Shown one piece after another: positions 11,954-22,859 of a stretch of DNA of 64,000 bases. The stretch spans positions 33,914,001 through 33,978,000 of the forward strand of contig NC_043005.1 of the NCBI RefSeq assembly GCF_006345805.1. The letters run 5' to 3'. This DNA comes from Octopus sinensis (lineage: Eukaryota). The number at the start of each line of letters is the position of its first letter. Within the stretch, counting starts at the first letter, position 1. A program made the position numbers and the translations under genes. Below the pieces are notes generated by a model. That model was not told the DNA's origin, did not search any database, and saw nothing but the letters and a program-made list of their open reading frames with translations.

Positions 11954-12110
11954 AATCATGAGGTGTTTTGTAAACTGCCTGATCTGAAATCTCCAGATTT
12001 GTCACACCGAGAAAGTCTACTTTTAAAGTTTCTTAGACAACTTGATACTCTAATTAATGATAACGAGAAGTACCAAATCGTTTGCTTCTTGCCTCATTTT
12101 CAAACTGCAG
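11954..12110 (+). CDS. FASTKD5: FASTKD5-like coding exon 3
   Basis: tttttcag|AAT...GCAG|gtaagc, phase 0 in/1 out; ends CFLPHFQTA. Confidence 0.85.
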
Positions 12111-12206
12111 GTAAGCATACCTTCACTACTTTATTTCTTTTTAGCTTTTGATATTCTTTTTTTTATGAGCATGTTTTACAGAGTCCTAAAGTTGAAGATA
12201 TTTTAA

Positions 12207-12426
12207 TCCCTTAGTATTCAAACTGGCCATGCCAAGCCCAAATACTCTACCTGTTTTAGGTTTATACTGACCATATCTGGCCTCTCATGCCTACTCTACA
12301 TTGTCGTTCTAAAAGCAAACAATTACAGCATTGAAATCTCAAAGCTACTAGATAATGCATGATTAATTCAAAACAAAGTGAATAAACAAACCTCACATTT
12401 GACAGAGTAATTTGCTGGCTAAAAGG
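12207..12426. mobile_element. Decayed piggyBac-type MITE
   Basis: Bounded by TTAA (12203-06, 12427-30) with degenerate CCCTT../..AAGG ends; similar start at ~50290. Confidence 0.5.
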
Positions 12427-12507
12427 TTAAGGTACCCTTGGAGCAAACTACTGTGGGGAAAATACAACAAATTGTGATTAATACTGAAATGTTTTGTGTG
12501 TTTTCAG

Positions 12508-12670
12508 ACATAGAGATGCAGATTGGTCATGATGGCAAACTTCTACCTCTCAATCAGAGGGTTTTAAATGGTTTTAACTCCGTTAATAAAAATAATGACC
12601 GAAATAAAACCACAACAGCTCTGAACAGCCTCCTTCTGCAGATGGTTGGGTCTTCTTCTTCTGTTCAAAG
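12508..12670 (+). CDS. FASTKD5: FASTKD5-like coding exon 4
   Basis: ttttcag|AC...AAG|gtacaa, phase 1 in/2 out; DIEMQIGHDGKLLPLN resembles the recalled FASTKD5 segment DLEVQLD..LKPLPFN. Confidence 0.85.
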
Positions 12671-13537
12671 GTACAAGATTCTTTGTCATCTCATTTTATT
12701 ATTATTATTATTGCATTCATCGTAATTATGGCCTTGCTGGAGCACCAATTCAAATGTGGTTCCCCAGCATGGCCATAATCCAATGACTGAAGCAAGTAAA
12801 AGATTAAAGAAGGCTGTGATTTGGCAGTGTCAGCTAAAATGTTTAGCTACTTTTGTTCCAGCTCTTTAAGCCCTTTAGTTCCAATTCTTAGGTTAATAAA
12901 TATCAATCAAATACTGGGGCTAATTTATTTAATGAATCCCTCCCCTCAAAATTTTTGGTCTTGTACCTAATTTAGACATCATTAGTGTTCATCATCATCA
13001 TCATCACTTAATGTCCATGTTTCATGGTAGCATGAGATGGATGGTTTGACAAAATCTGATCAGTTCAAAGACCATATTTTGCTCCAATATATGTTTTGGC
13101 ATCATTTCTATGGCTGGCTGCCCTTTCTAATGCCAACCACTTTACAGTATGTACTAGGTACCTTTTTTTTTTTTTTGTAGTACCAACACTACTAAGGTCA
13201 TCATGCAGCCTGCAACATTAAGATCCCATTTGACTGAGTAGGACTTATACTAAGGGGTGAGAGGTTAAAGTATGAAAGTAGAGGCCAGAACAAAACCGGT
13301 TTCTTTCTGTAGAGGAGCTACTTGGCTACTTATATTAGTGACCAGGGTAAAAGTGGAAACAGAGATAAAATAGTGGTGGTGAGGTGTCGAGGTGGATTCT
13401 AAAAAGGTGAGTATAAGTGAGTGCTGACAGGAGAACAGGATGTGTAAATAGGAAGTTGATTTCTTAATATCATTTTATTTTAGAGTTTACTAATTCCATA
13501 GCTCAGTCAACTTAATGAATATTGTATTTATTTGCAG

Positions 13538-13670
13538 AGTGGCTCTCTTAGTGTTGGGCCCAAATGCCTTTTGTCGGTTTCACAGTAACAACGAAGTATC
13601 CTATGTTCTGACAGGCCTTCACAAAGCTAGAATTCGCCAGTTGAAGAAAAAAGGTTTCAAAGTTATTGAG
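13538..13670 (+). CDS. FASTKD5: FASTKD5-like coding exon 5 (RAP domain)
   Basis: tttgcag|A...GAG|gtaagt, phase 2 in/0 out; VALLVLGPNAFC...LTGLHKARIRQLKKKGFKVIE is a typical RAP motif. Confidence 0.92.
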
Positions 13671-13989
13671 GTAAGTTTTGAACTGGCATTTATTAGCAGA
13701 ATTGGTTGACCTTTGGACAAAATGTTTTGTGGTATTTCATTTTAGTAATTTATGTTCTGGTTTCAAATCCTACCAAGACCAACTTGCATTTCAAAGTGTT
13801 TTCATAAAATAAGAACCCATCAAGGACTGTCATGATTGTTCTCTCTCTCAGTATTTGTAGCCTTGTGCCTGAGACAGAAATTAATATTTTTATGGTATGG
13901 AAATATCAACTGATAGACAGGCAACAAGGAAGAGATAAGAGATGAAGTACAACTTGTAAGGAACAAAATTGTTCATTCTGATTTAATAA

Positions 13990-15467
13990 GTTGTTTTATG
14001 ATGACATGGAAGCAAGGGTTAGAATCAAAGGGCCTTAGAGTAAATGTAGCAAAGACCAAAGTTATAGTAAGCAGAAAGGCGAACTCAGCACACACCCCCT
14101 CGGGCAGGTGGCCCTGCTCGATCTGAAGGAAAGGTGTAGGTAGAAACTCCATAAGATGCACCCAGTGTAAGCTATGGACACATAAGAGGTGCAGCAACAT
14201 CAAAGGGAAATTAACTGATAAGATAGCTTTCATGTGCGGCAGATGCACAGGGACAATAGACACCACAGATACTCAGAAAACAGATTCCATCACACTCCAG
14301 GGGGAGAAACTAGAAGTAGTTGATAGTTTCTGCTACCTGGGTGACCAAGTTAGTAGTGGAAGTGGATGCTCAGAGAGTGTCACTACTAGAATACGAATAG
14401 CCTGGGCAAAGTTCAGAAAGCTCCTACCCCTACTGGCGACAAAGGGTCTCTCGCTCAAAGTGAAAGGTAGATTGTATGACGCATGTGTGCGAACTTCCAT
14501 GCTTCACGGTAGTGAAACATGGGCTGTGACTGCAGAGGACATGCGTAGACTTGAAAGGAATGAAGCTAGCATGATCCGCTGGATGTGTAATATCAATGTG
14601 CGTGCACGACAGAGGGTAAGCACCCTGAGAGAAATGCTGGACATAAGAAGCATCAGATGTGGTGTGCAAGAGCGACGCTTGTGATGGTATGGTCATGTAC
14701 TGCGGATGGATGAGGAGAGATGTGTGAAGAAGTGCCACTCCCAAACAGTTGAAGGTATCAGGGGGAGAGATAGACCCAGGAAGACATGGGATGAGGTAGT
14801 CAAGTATGACCTCAGAGCATTGGGCTTCACTGAGGCAATGGCAAAGGACCGAGATCTCTGGAGATATGCTGTGACTGCAAAGACCCAGGCTGCCTCCTGC
14901 ACCAGTTCCACATAGCCCCTGCCCATTCAAAGTACCTTGGATTCCAGAACATCCTGCTGTGCTTGAAGAGACCTGTTGAGTCAAGTACATGAACATCGAA
15001 ATAAATATCAATGGAAATAGTAGTTGTGATACCTGTGCCGGTGGCACATAAAAAGCACCATCTGAATGTGGCCATTGCCAGTGCCGCCTCGACTGGCTTC
15101 TGTGCCGGTGGCACATAAAAAGCACCATCAAAACGTGGCTGATGCCAGCGCCGCCTCGACTGGCTTCAGTGCCGGTGGCACATAAAAAGCACCATCTGAA
15201 CATGGCTGGCTTCCATGCCGGTGGAACGTTAAAAGCACCAACCGATCGTGGCCAATTCCGGACTCCCCTGGCACCTGTGCAGGTGGCACGTGAAAAGCAC
15301 CCACTACACTCGCGGAGTGGTTGGCGTTAGGAAGGGCATCGAGCTGTAGAAACACTGCCGGATCAGACTGGAGCCTTGTGCAGCCCCTGGCTTCTCAGAC
15401 CCCGGTCGAACCGTCCAACCTGTGCTAGCACGGAAAACGGACGTTAAACGATAATGAGGATGATGAT
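13990..15467 (+). mobile_element. 5'-truncated RTE-clade LINE: RT C-terminus with PHD-like finger, 3'UTR with tandem hairpin units, (GAT)n-like tail
   Basis: GLRVNVAKTK, DSFCYLGD, RIRIAWAKF, MLHGSETW motifs; ends ggacgttaaacgataatgaggatgatgat. Confidence 0.92.
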
Positions 15468-15719
15468 TGTCTACAAAAGACCTTCTTTGTCAGATAAGAA
15501 TGTATAATTGATCCAATTAATTCTGTTACTAATTTTACCTATCTATAAATTGGATTAATATTTGCAGCCAAGGAGGAAGTGATGGGTGTGAGATTAGTTG
15601 ACTGATATTTGCAGACAACATGATATTAGTTAAATTGACAGGAGTTAATCTTCAAATAGATTCACTAAATAGGTTTACTGCTGGGTATTGTACAGCAAGA
15701 GTGGAAATCACTGTTGCAT

Positions 15720-15900
15720 AGGCTTAGACATTGGTCCTCTCAAGAAAGCCTATCCAGTGCATTTTGCATGTTAATGGAGCTACAGTGAAGCAGGTGGAGA
15801 AGTTCGAGTGTCTTGGAACCATTTTCATGAGTGAGAGAAACCAGGAAGTTGAATTGATGCAAGGACTACTGATACCAGTACAATAATTTTCCTGCTTCAG
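15720..15900 (+). mobile_element. Old RTE-like RT C-terminal fragment
   Basis: Translates RKPIQCILHVNGATVKQVEKFECLGTIF (cf. QVEKFKYLG). Confidence 0.55.
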
Positions 15901-16014
15901 TCACCAGAAGAAGGGAAGTGAAAGAGTCAAATTTGCTTCTTTTATTTCAATTTTGGTGTCTCTGTTGATCTATGCCCAAGACCTTTAGGTTGTGACCAAA
16001 AGAATAAATCATCA

Positions 16015-16745
16015 TCATTACCATCATCATCGTCGTTTAACGTCCGCTTTCCATGCTGGCATGGGTTGTACAGTTGACTGAGAACTGGTGAGCCAGAAGG
16101 CTGCATCATGCTCAATCTGATCTGGCAAAGTTTCTACAGCTGGATGCTCTTCCTGATGCCAACCACTCTGAGAGTGTAGTGGGTGCTTCTACATGCCACT
16201 GGCATGGGGGCCAGTCATGCAGTTCTGGCAACGACTATGCTCAAAAGGTGTTTTTTACGTGCTACCTGCATGGGAGCCAGCCCGGCGGCACTGGCAACGA
16301 CCGTGCTCGAATGATGTTTTTTATGTGCCACTGGCACGGGAGCCAATCTGTGGCCCTGGCAACAATCACACTCAGATGTGCTTTTAACGTTCCATTGGCA
16401 CGAGTGCCAATCAGATGGTACTGTCATTGATCACGTCAGCAATTTTGATTTGATTTCACTTGCCTCAATAGGTCTTCACAAGCAAAGTTTATTGTCCAAT
16501 GAATGAGGGGTACTCATAAGTGGGCTGGTTACACCCCATGTTCAGATGTGCTTTTAATGTTCCACTGGCATGAGTGCCAATCAGGCGGTACTATCATCGG
16601 CCACGTCAGCAATTTTGATTTTGATTTCACTTGCCTCAATAGGTCTTCGCAAGTTTATTGTTCAATGAATGAGGGGTATTCATAAGTGAGCTGGTTACAC
16701 CCACTGGCATATCGTCATTTAATATCCACCTTCCATGCTGGTAAA
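16015..16745 (-). mobile_element. RTE 3'UTR fragment, antisense, with internal tandem duplication
   Basis: Starts catcatcatcgtcgtttaacgtcc (inverted tail) and contains ggatgctcttcctgatgccaacc; ~16430-16540 is repeated at ~16600-16710. Confidence 0.85.
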
Positions 16746-16880
16746 ATCAGGAAGATAAGTATACATAGCTTAGAGATCAGTATTAATGACATTACTTCTC
16801 ATTAAATTCTCCTCGTACATCAATACAAATTAAATCTCCACTTTCTTTTGATTAAACAGTTATTTATTTTCTATCCCTAG

Positions 16881-16961
16881 GTTCCCTTCTTTGAAATCTG
16901 TGAAGGCAAAGATAAAGTGTATAGGAAACTAACAACAGCATTTTCAGAACTGACTCACTAA
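16881..16961 (+). CDS. FASTKD5: FASTKD5-like coding exon 6 (end of RAP, stop TAA)
   Basis: ctatccctag|GTT, phase 0; VPFFEICEGKDKVYRKLTTAFSELTH*, completing the V(I/V)EVP(F/Y)(F/W)E RAP motif. Confidence 0.88.
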   Translation, partial: VPFFEICEGKDKVYRKLTTAFSELTH

Positions 16962-17744
16962 ATACCAAGAAATAGGTTCTACAAACTTTCTTTCACCTGG
17001 AAAGAGCCCCCTCAAAAAAAATCTGTTTCTTTGAACATTGTAAGTTAAAATTCCTAATCTGTTTACAATTCAGTGATTGGGTGAGTAGCCAGTCATTAAA
17101 CATTTGTTTTCCACCAAACTGGAAATAATTCTTCATTAAAAACAATTCCAAGGTTATGTAACATGTAATGAAAAAAAATGTGGTAACTGTTTTCTAAATT
17201 TTATTTAACCCAATTGTTACAGTTCAGAATATTATATTGTTATATGTGTTATTTACTTCTAATTACAAGTATGGAAACCCACACTTATACACATTTAATG
17301 GTAGTAACATTACATTAATTATAAATTAAAGTGGACTGAAGACATAGCTTTGGAAATATCCCTGCATCTGTTTGGGAAAATGTGAGAGTTAGAGTGGCTA
17401 AGATGGACAAAGCTTGTTTTGCGATCACTTAGTTGTAGGTTCTATTTCACCATACAGATCCTTAGACAAATATCTTTCACTCCAGCCTTGGATCAGGCCA
17501 ATCTTTGTGGTTGAAGTTGTACATAAACCTGTCAGATGGACTATTCTTGAGTGATAGTCTTGTTTAACACTGTCCAATGCATCTATTTTTTACTACAAAT
17601 TTACAGTGTAATTGCATTTTTTTTGTATTCAGTAACTGATAGATTTCTAACTATTATAAGTTTGATTGTTATCATCTCAAAATTTTATTGTTTGTGTAGT
17701 AAGCTGCAAAATTCTTACATTCTCTCAATTTCCTGTAATTCAGA

Positions 17745-18140
17745 CCACCTGATGGTCCAAGCAGATAAAATGGAAAAAGTGTTGCCTCAGAGGATGGCTA
17801 GGGTGATGTGCTGGAATAGCCACTCTGACTCACAGGACTCACAATTGCGGATAGCAATCAACAGGGATGTGGTGCAGGGGCTAAGGATGCTGGAAGTCTC
17901 CATTGTCACAGGATTGTCTATAAACCTGTCAGCAACCAGTACTGTAATAGTTTGCTTTTCTTAATATGACAAGCAGCAGAGCCTGGACTGGTAGCTGAAC
18001 ACACTAAGTTGCTGCTGGAGAAGGTGTCACAGCATGTGACATCCCAGATGAGGGACCTACCACCATGGAATGGGAAAAACTGTCATACACTCAGGCTTTC
18101 TACTATCCCCTTGACCTCCCCCCACCAGCTAGTGCTGGGA
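17745..18140 (-). mobile_element. 3' remnant of a CRE-like non-LTR retrotransposon (restriction-like endonuclease domain)
   Basis: On -: GRSLIWDVTCCDTFSSSNL ... PVTMETSSIL ... WLFQHITLAIL.GNTFSIL, matching the WD.TC.DT / P.A.ET.G / QRLSLAIQRGN pattern. Confidence 0.7.
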
Positions 18141-18189
18141 AGGATAGCCTTTATGATATCACCACCAGGTTCGCAGTCCTCTGCAGAAG

Positions 18190-18800
18190 CATTGTACAGA
18201 CATAGTTGTTCCCAGTGTCATCTCCATACTGGGCCATAAGGAAAAACCTTCTTGTTGAAACAGTGAGTACCCAAAGACTTCATGCCAACTGCTGCTACCC
18301 ATCGGTGAGGTCCATAGTACAGTGCATATACAGGATCACCAGTGTTGTACTGTTTGGTTACCTTGGCAACACCTCCTGAGTCTGTTGTCATCTCTTCCTT
18401 TGGTGATACCTTTGATTGCTTGCCCTGAGCTATGTGTGCAAGAGAGGGCAGCAGAGAGTGAATCCTAGTCTGAATCTGCTGGGACATCAAGAGTTTGCTT
18501 GGAGAGAGTCCACAGGATGTCCGCGTTCTCTGGTACTGCATCAAAAACTCTTGAAGAACTTGTTTTGGGAGCACAGAAAACTTTTCTCAGTACTTGCTTG
18601 AATGCACCAAATGTTCTGTTGCTCCATTAATAGTTAGATGGTATGGTGTACCTGTCAGGTGTGTGATCCCACATTCTTTGCACCAATTCTGAAATTCTTC
18701 AGAAAGGGAAGTTGATGCATTATCTGTGACCAGTGTGTGAGGATATCCGAAGTTAGCGAAGTCCTCTTCCAGCTGATCTAGACAGCTTTATTGTTAATAG
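18190..18800 (-). mobile_element. Gypsy integrase remnant
   Basis: FGYPHTLVTDNA, GITHLTGTPYHLTING, FLMQYQRT..SCGLSPSKLL, GDPVYA motifs. Confidence 0.85.
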
Positions 18801-20289
18801 TACATATGAATCTCTGTCGAAGAGCTTCATCTTGAGGGTCAGTGATAGAAGGAAAGTCACAAGTAGCAGTGATAAATGAAGGGAAACAGACAACCTGATA
18901 TCCTCCCCACCTTCACTCCTTCTTTCTCCCTTAGTCAATCACAGCATGCAATCTGTCCATATATGCATTGGGGTGGAGGGATGAATAACCGAGATAGGGG
19001 ATGGAATGATGGTCAGAATTTGATAAGTTCAGATCTTAAGGTTCGTTTATTCATTATTTCATTAGAGACTGTTGTTTTGGCTGTGCAGACTTAATCATGA
19101 GTGGAATATATATATACCGTATATTATATATTATGACATTTATTTCAATAAGCCACTATACATTTTATTACATTAATTAAGAGAATAATTATTTAATAAA
19201 TAATTAAATTAAATTAAATTAAGAAAATATGAAGTACACTATAATGATAATTTAATAAACTTGTATAATTTTAATTTATAAATACCTTGTAAGATACTCC
19301 TCCAGCTGTTTATGGCTGGCCAAGATCATCCTGCCCAGAATGCAGCAAGACATCAACATCTTGCTAGGGTTCAGTGTCTTGATCAGGCCGTCAAAGGTGG
19401 GGGGGTTTCACTACATGCAGCAGTAGCATGTTGTCAACAAACAGGTCTACAATCCTTCTGTCCACCACAGACTAATGGACACTATTACCAGCAGTTTAGG
19501 CAAATGCCTCACCAATGCTGGGCTGGTATGCTTTTTTTGCACATGACTGCGACGACTGGCTACTGGCACTCTTACCAGAAAATTGCCTGTGTTTCCCACA
19601 GGAAGAGCCAGCCTTGATCCTCTTCTCAAACTGGATGGCATGCACTGAGTGTTTCCTCTTGACATGTGACTTCAAGTTGTAGGGCTTGCTGCTTGTCCCT
19701 TAATGGTAGTCTCCTTGGGCTGGCACATGAAGCACCAGAAGTACAGAATTTTGGCGTTCCTCTTATCCCTTGACATAAGGACAAAGTAGTCCTCCAGCTG
19801 GGGCCACAGGTTTTGAAACTCCTGGCTCTCAACCTGAGGACCTCTGCCTCACCCACAGCTATTGCACACTCCTCAACAGACCCTTCAGTCTCAAACTGAA
19901 CAAAAACGTCTTCACCTTCCATAATGTTAAGTGGCAACTTGATAAGCCAATAACGTACACTGCTGTCACTGACACTGTAAGATTGTAGTGTGACAATGTC
20001 ATAAGTGAACTCAAAACTGCAGAATTACACAATGCTGTTCAGCGAGCTGCTGCTGCATTGGCCAATCACGTCTTGTCACATGTACACATAGTCAGCCAAT
20101 AGCATGCCTGACAGACTCTTTGAGACACGCCCACAACAAACAAGAACAAATGTATGAATTTTATTAGCAAACTTAAAGTCAGAGGAACTAAATTTAATGG
20201 AAGCTAATTGGTCCACTAATGGAAACTAATTGGTCCATTAATCCGCTAAATGAAAAGTTAGCTTCACTAATTAGCTGTTAGCAGATTAG

Positions 20290-21740
20290 CCCACCAATGC
20301 TTCTCATGCATCTATCTTGGACCACCAGCAAATGAAGATAGAAGAATCACTATTTGTCCTGCATTGTGAGCATGTCCATCATTTTGTATTGCATCTCTGT
20401 GATGGATGTAGTCCTCAGTTCAGCTTTTTTTTTTTATTCATCTTGATAAAAAGAAGCCTTTCAGATTCAATTTTGGCATACATGTCAACAAAGAACTGAT
20501 TTAACAATTGACCAAATCTGAGCAGATGGTTAAAGTTGTTTTGCCTCAGCATGATTTTGTATGCATAAAAGTCCTGAACATATATCTTCTTGCTTGTCTG
20601 CAATCCAGTGTTTGGGTCAGTTTATTTTTAGAGTAAGTGGTACCTATCTGTTCCTTGCAAAAAATCAATGGATACTGTAGAGCATCATAGGATCTATGAA
20701 TCTCTGCAACCTTTTGAAATGTTCCATCCTGTTTCTGGAGAACTATGTCCCTATTTTTGTCAAAGTCTTGCCCAACAATGCGAATGGTGACTTCACTTGT
20801 TGTTAGAGCATTAAATTTTCTTTCATGTTCTCCAGAAGGAGTTTTGTCTGTCCTAATTATTACTTAGCCCTCAGAACCTGCTCTTTGCATTGCTGACTTG
20901 AACTCTGTGGATTTTCTTGATGTAACAAGTCTTGAAGATCCAGAATGATACTCAACTTTAATTCCTGGGAAATATTTCTTCTTGCCTCTGCTGCTCCTGA
21001 TAATTTTTAATGAAGTAGATTTGGAGAAACTGCTTGAGTTCATTTGGAAGTGGCCAAAGAGATCCATTCCTGTGATAAACTTGGCTCTGAATTCTGCAGT
21101 TTGTTTTCCATTCAGGCAGAGTAGCATCTTTGGCTCCAAATGAATTCATTGCAAAACAGTTGTTGTAACTTCTGATGTAATGATTCAGCTGAATTCCCAT
21201 CTAGAAGTGATAACAATGGCCCTGGAGGAACTGATAGGTCTCCCTGGTGTATTTTGCCTTTACTGCAATACATTCCTTTAGATTCATTTTTTTCAATTTG
21301 AGGACATTGCAGTGCTCACACTGAATGGTCATTGATCCAGTAGATATCTTGAGATGAGTTGAATAGTCACTGTCACAGTTGTACTGAAAAGCCAGCTTGG
21401 ACAGGCTCAAAACAGAAGCTCCACTCCTTTTGGCATGATTGTGATTACCACTAACATATCTGGAATGTCTTTGATCAGGTGTTTCTAAAGATTTTGCTCT
21501 TCTATGATTTGCAGCGTCTGCCTTTCTTTGATAAAGCCTGACTTTCATCTCGTGCAGCTCTAGATTTTCTCTTCCTTATGTGCATCTACTTCTCTCCTTG
21601 ACAAAATCTTACTGTCATCTGCAGCCCTTGTCATCTTCCTTGCTGCATCTGCTTCTCTCTTTGCTTGTGCCTCCTCTGACTTCTCTTCTGCTCTTCTTTC
21701 CCCTTTCCTAAGAATTGTGGTCTTTGTGCTTTTCCAAGGA
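20290..21740 (-). mobile_element. Helitron RepHel N-terminal remnant (frameshifted)
   Basis: IQCEHCN, IRSYNNCFAMNSFG, QVYHRNGSL, FLQIYF, QFFVDMYAKIESERLLFI and SSFAGGPRY motifs appear in order. Confidence 0.92.
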
Positions 21741-22859
21741 ATTTTCTATAATAAGAAGAAATAAGGTTAAATTCCTCAATTTACTCTATGGAACTTCAAA
21801 ACTTCACTTTAACTCTGATTCAGGCTAAAAGTCCAATCTGGTTAAAAATCCAATTCAGGCTAAAAGTCCAATTTCAGTAGAAGTTTTGGGATAAAAACTA
21901 GAGTTCTTCAATATTTCTTTCCGAGTGCTTCAATTTAGAAACTCTGCAGAACTTCAAAGTCTCACAAACATGAAACCTCTCACTCTAATTTGGATCTAGT
22001 TTTAAGTGAACTGAATTGAAAATATTTTTTAAATTCACAAGGTTTTGGTATTACTTTCAATTCAGTTTAAATGAAAAGCTTGTAAGTTCATAAATTTTTT
22101 GAGTTCTTTTAAAATTTGAATTTTCAACTGTTAGCATGTAACAAATCTTCATCCTGATCTGATCCCAATGCTGGATGTTCAAGAACCAAATGAAGAGCAG
22201 ATTTTCAGTCTCAGGATCATGCTGATTCCAAAAAGGTATAATATGTCTATGTAGAGCAAATGTAGACTGAAATAAAGGGGTCCCGGTTGGAGGGATAGAC
22301 AAGAATTTTGTGTTTATTAATGTTGTGTGTTGTGTGTTCACTCATGGAAATAATACAAGAAATGAACTTTAAAAATAACAGTGAGACTTTATTCATCTGT
22401 TAAATAAAACATCGTGAATTCTGGTGGTTGTATAGTTCGTCCCTTGTTTGGATAATGTAGTGTGATGGAGGAAAAGGACAACAGAAAAAGAAGCAACGGG
22501 AGAAAGAAATACAAAAGGCCTTACCTCGGTGAAATCAGCGGTCACTCTCACAAATTCAACATGTCTTGTCGCTCTGCTGTCTTTGTTGGATCTGACCACA
22601 CGTGCTTCCTGCCCACGTATGCCCCTGTCACTCTTCTGTCCACCTCATCTGCAATCTCCTCCACCAACACCACATAGCTCCATCACAGCCCAGAACACTT
22701 ACTAACACCACAGATAATCCAGCTCAGACTGTCATTGATTACATGTGCTCCATTATATTAATTTTGTTCTGGTGAATAACGGCAGGAAAATAACATGACT
22801 CACCTTCATGAAAATCCTCATAGATGATTTGTTATACCAATTGGTAGAAAGAGGGTAAA

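Noticed and set aside
15035-15300. CRISPR-like array (palindromic repeat + variable linker)
   Set aside because: Eukaryotic context, linkers are homologous to each other, no cas genes, and the array is part of an RTE 3'UTR.
19300-19940. Several 70-100 aa ORFs, possibly retroelement gag
   Set aside because: No recognisable motif in any frame; cannot be assigned without a search.
22393-22800. Possible solo LTR (TGT...ACA on -)
   Set aside because: No partner LTR, PBS/PPT or TSD could be verified.
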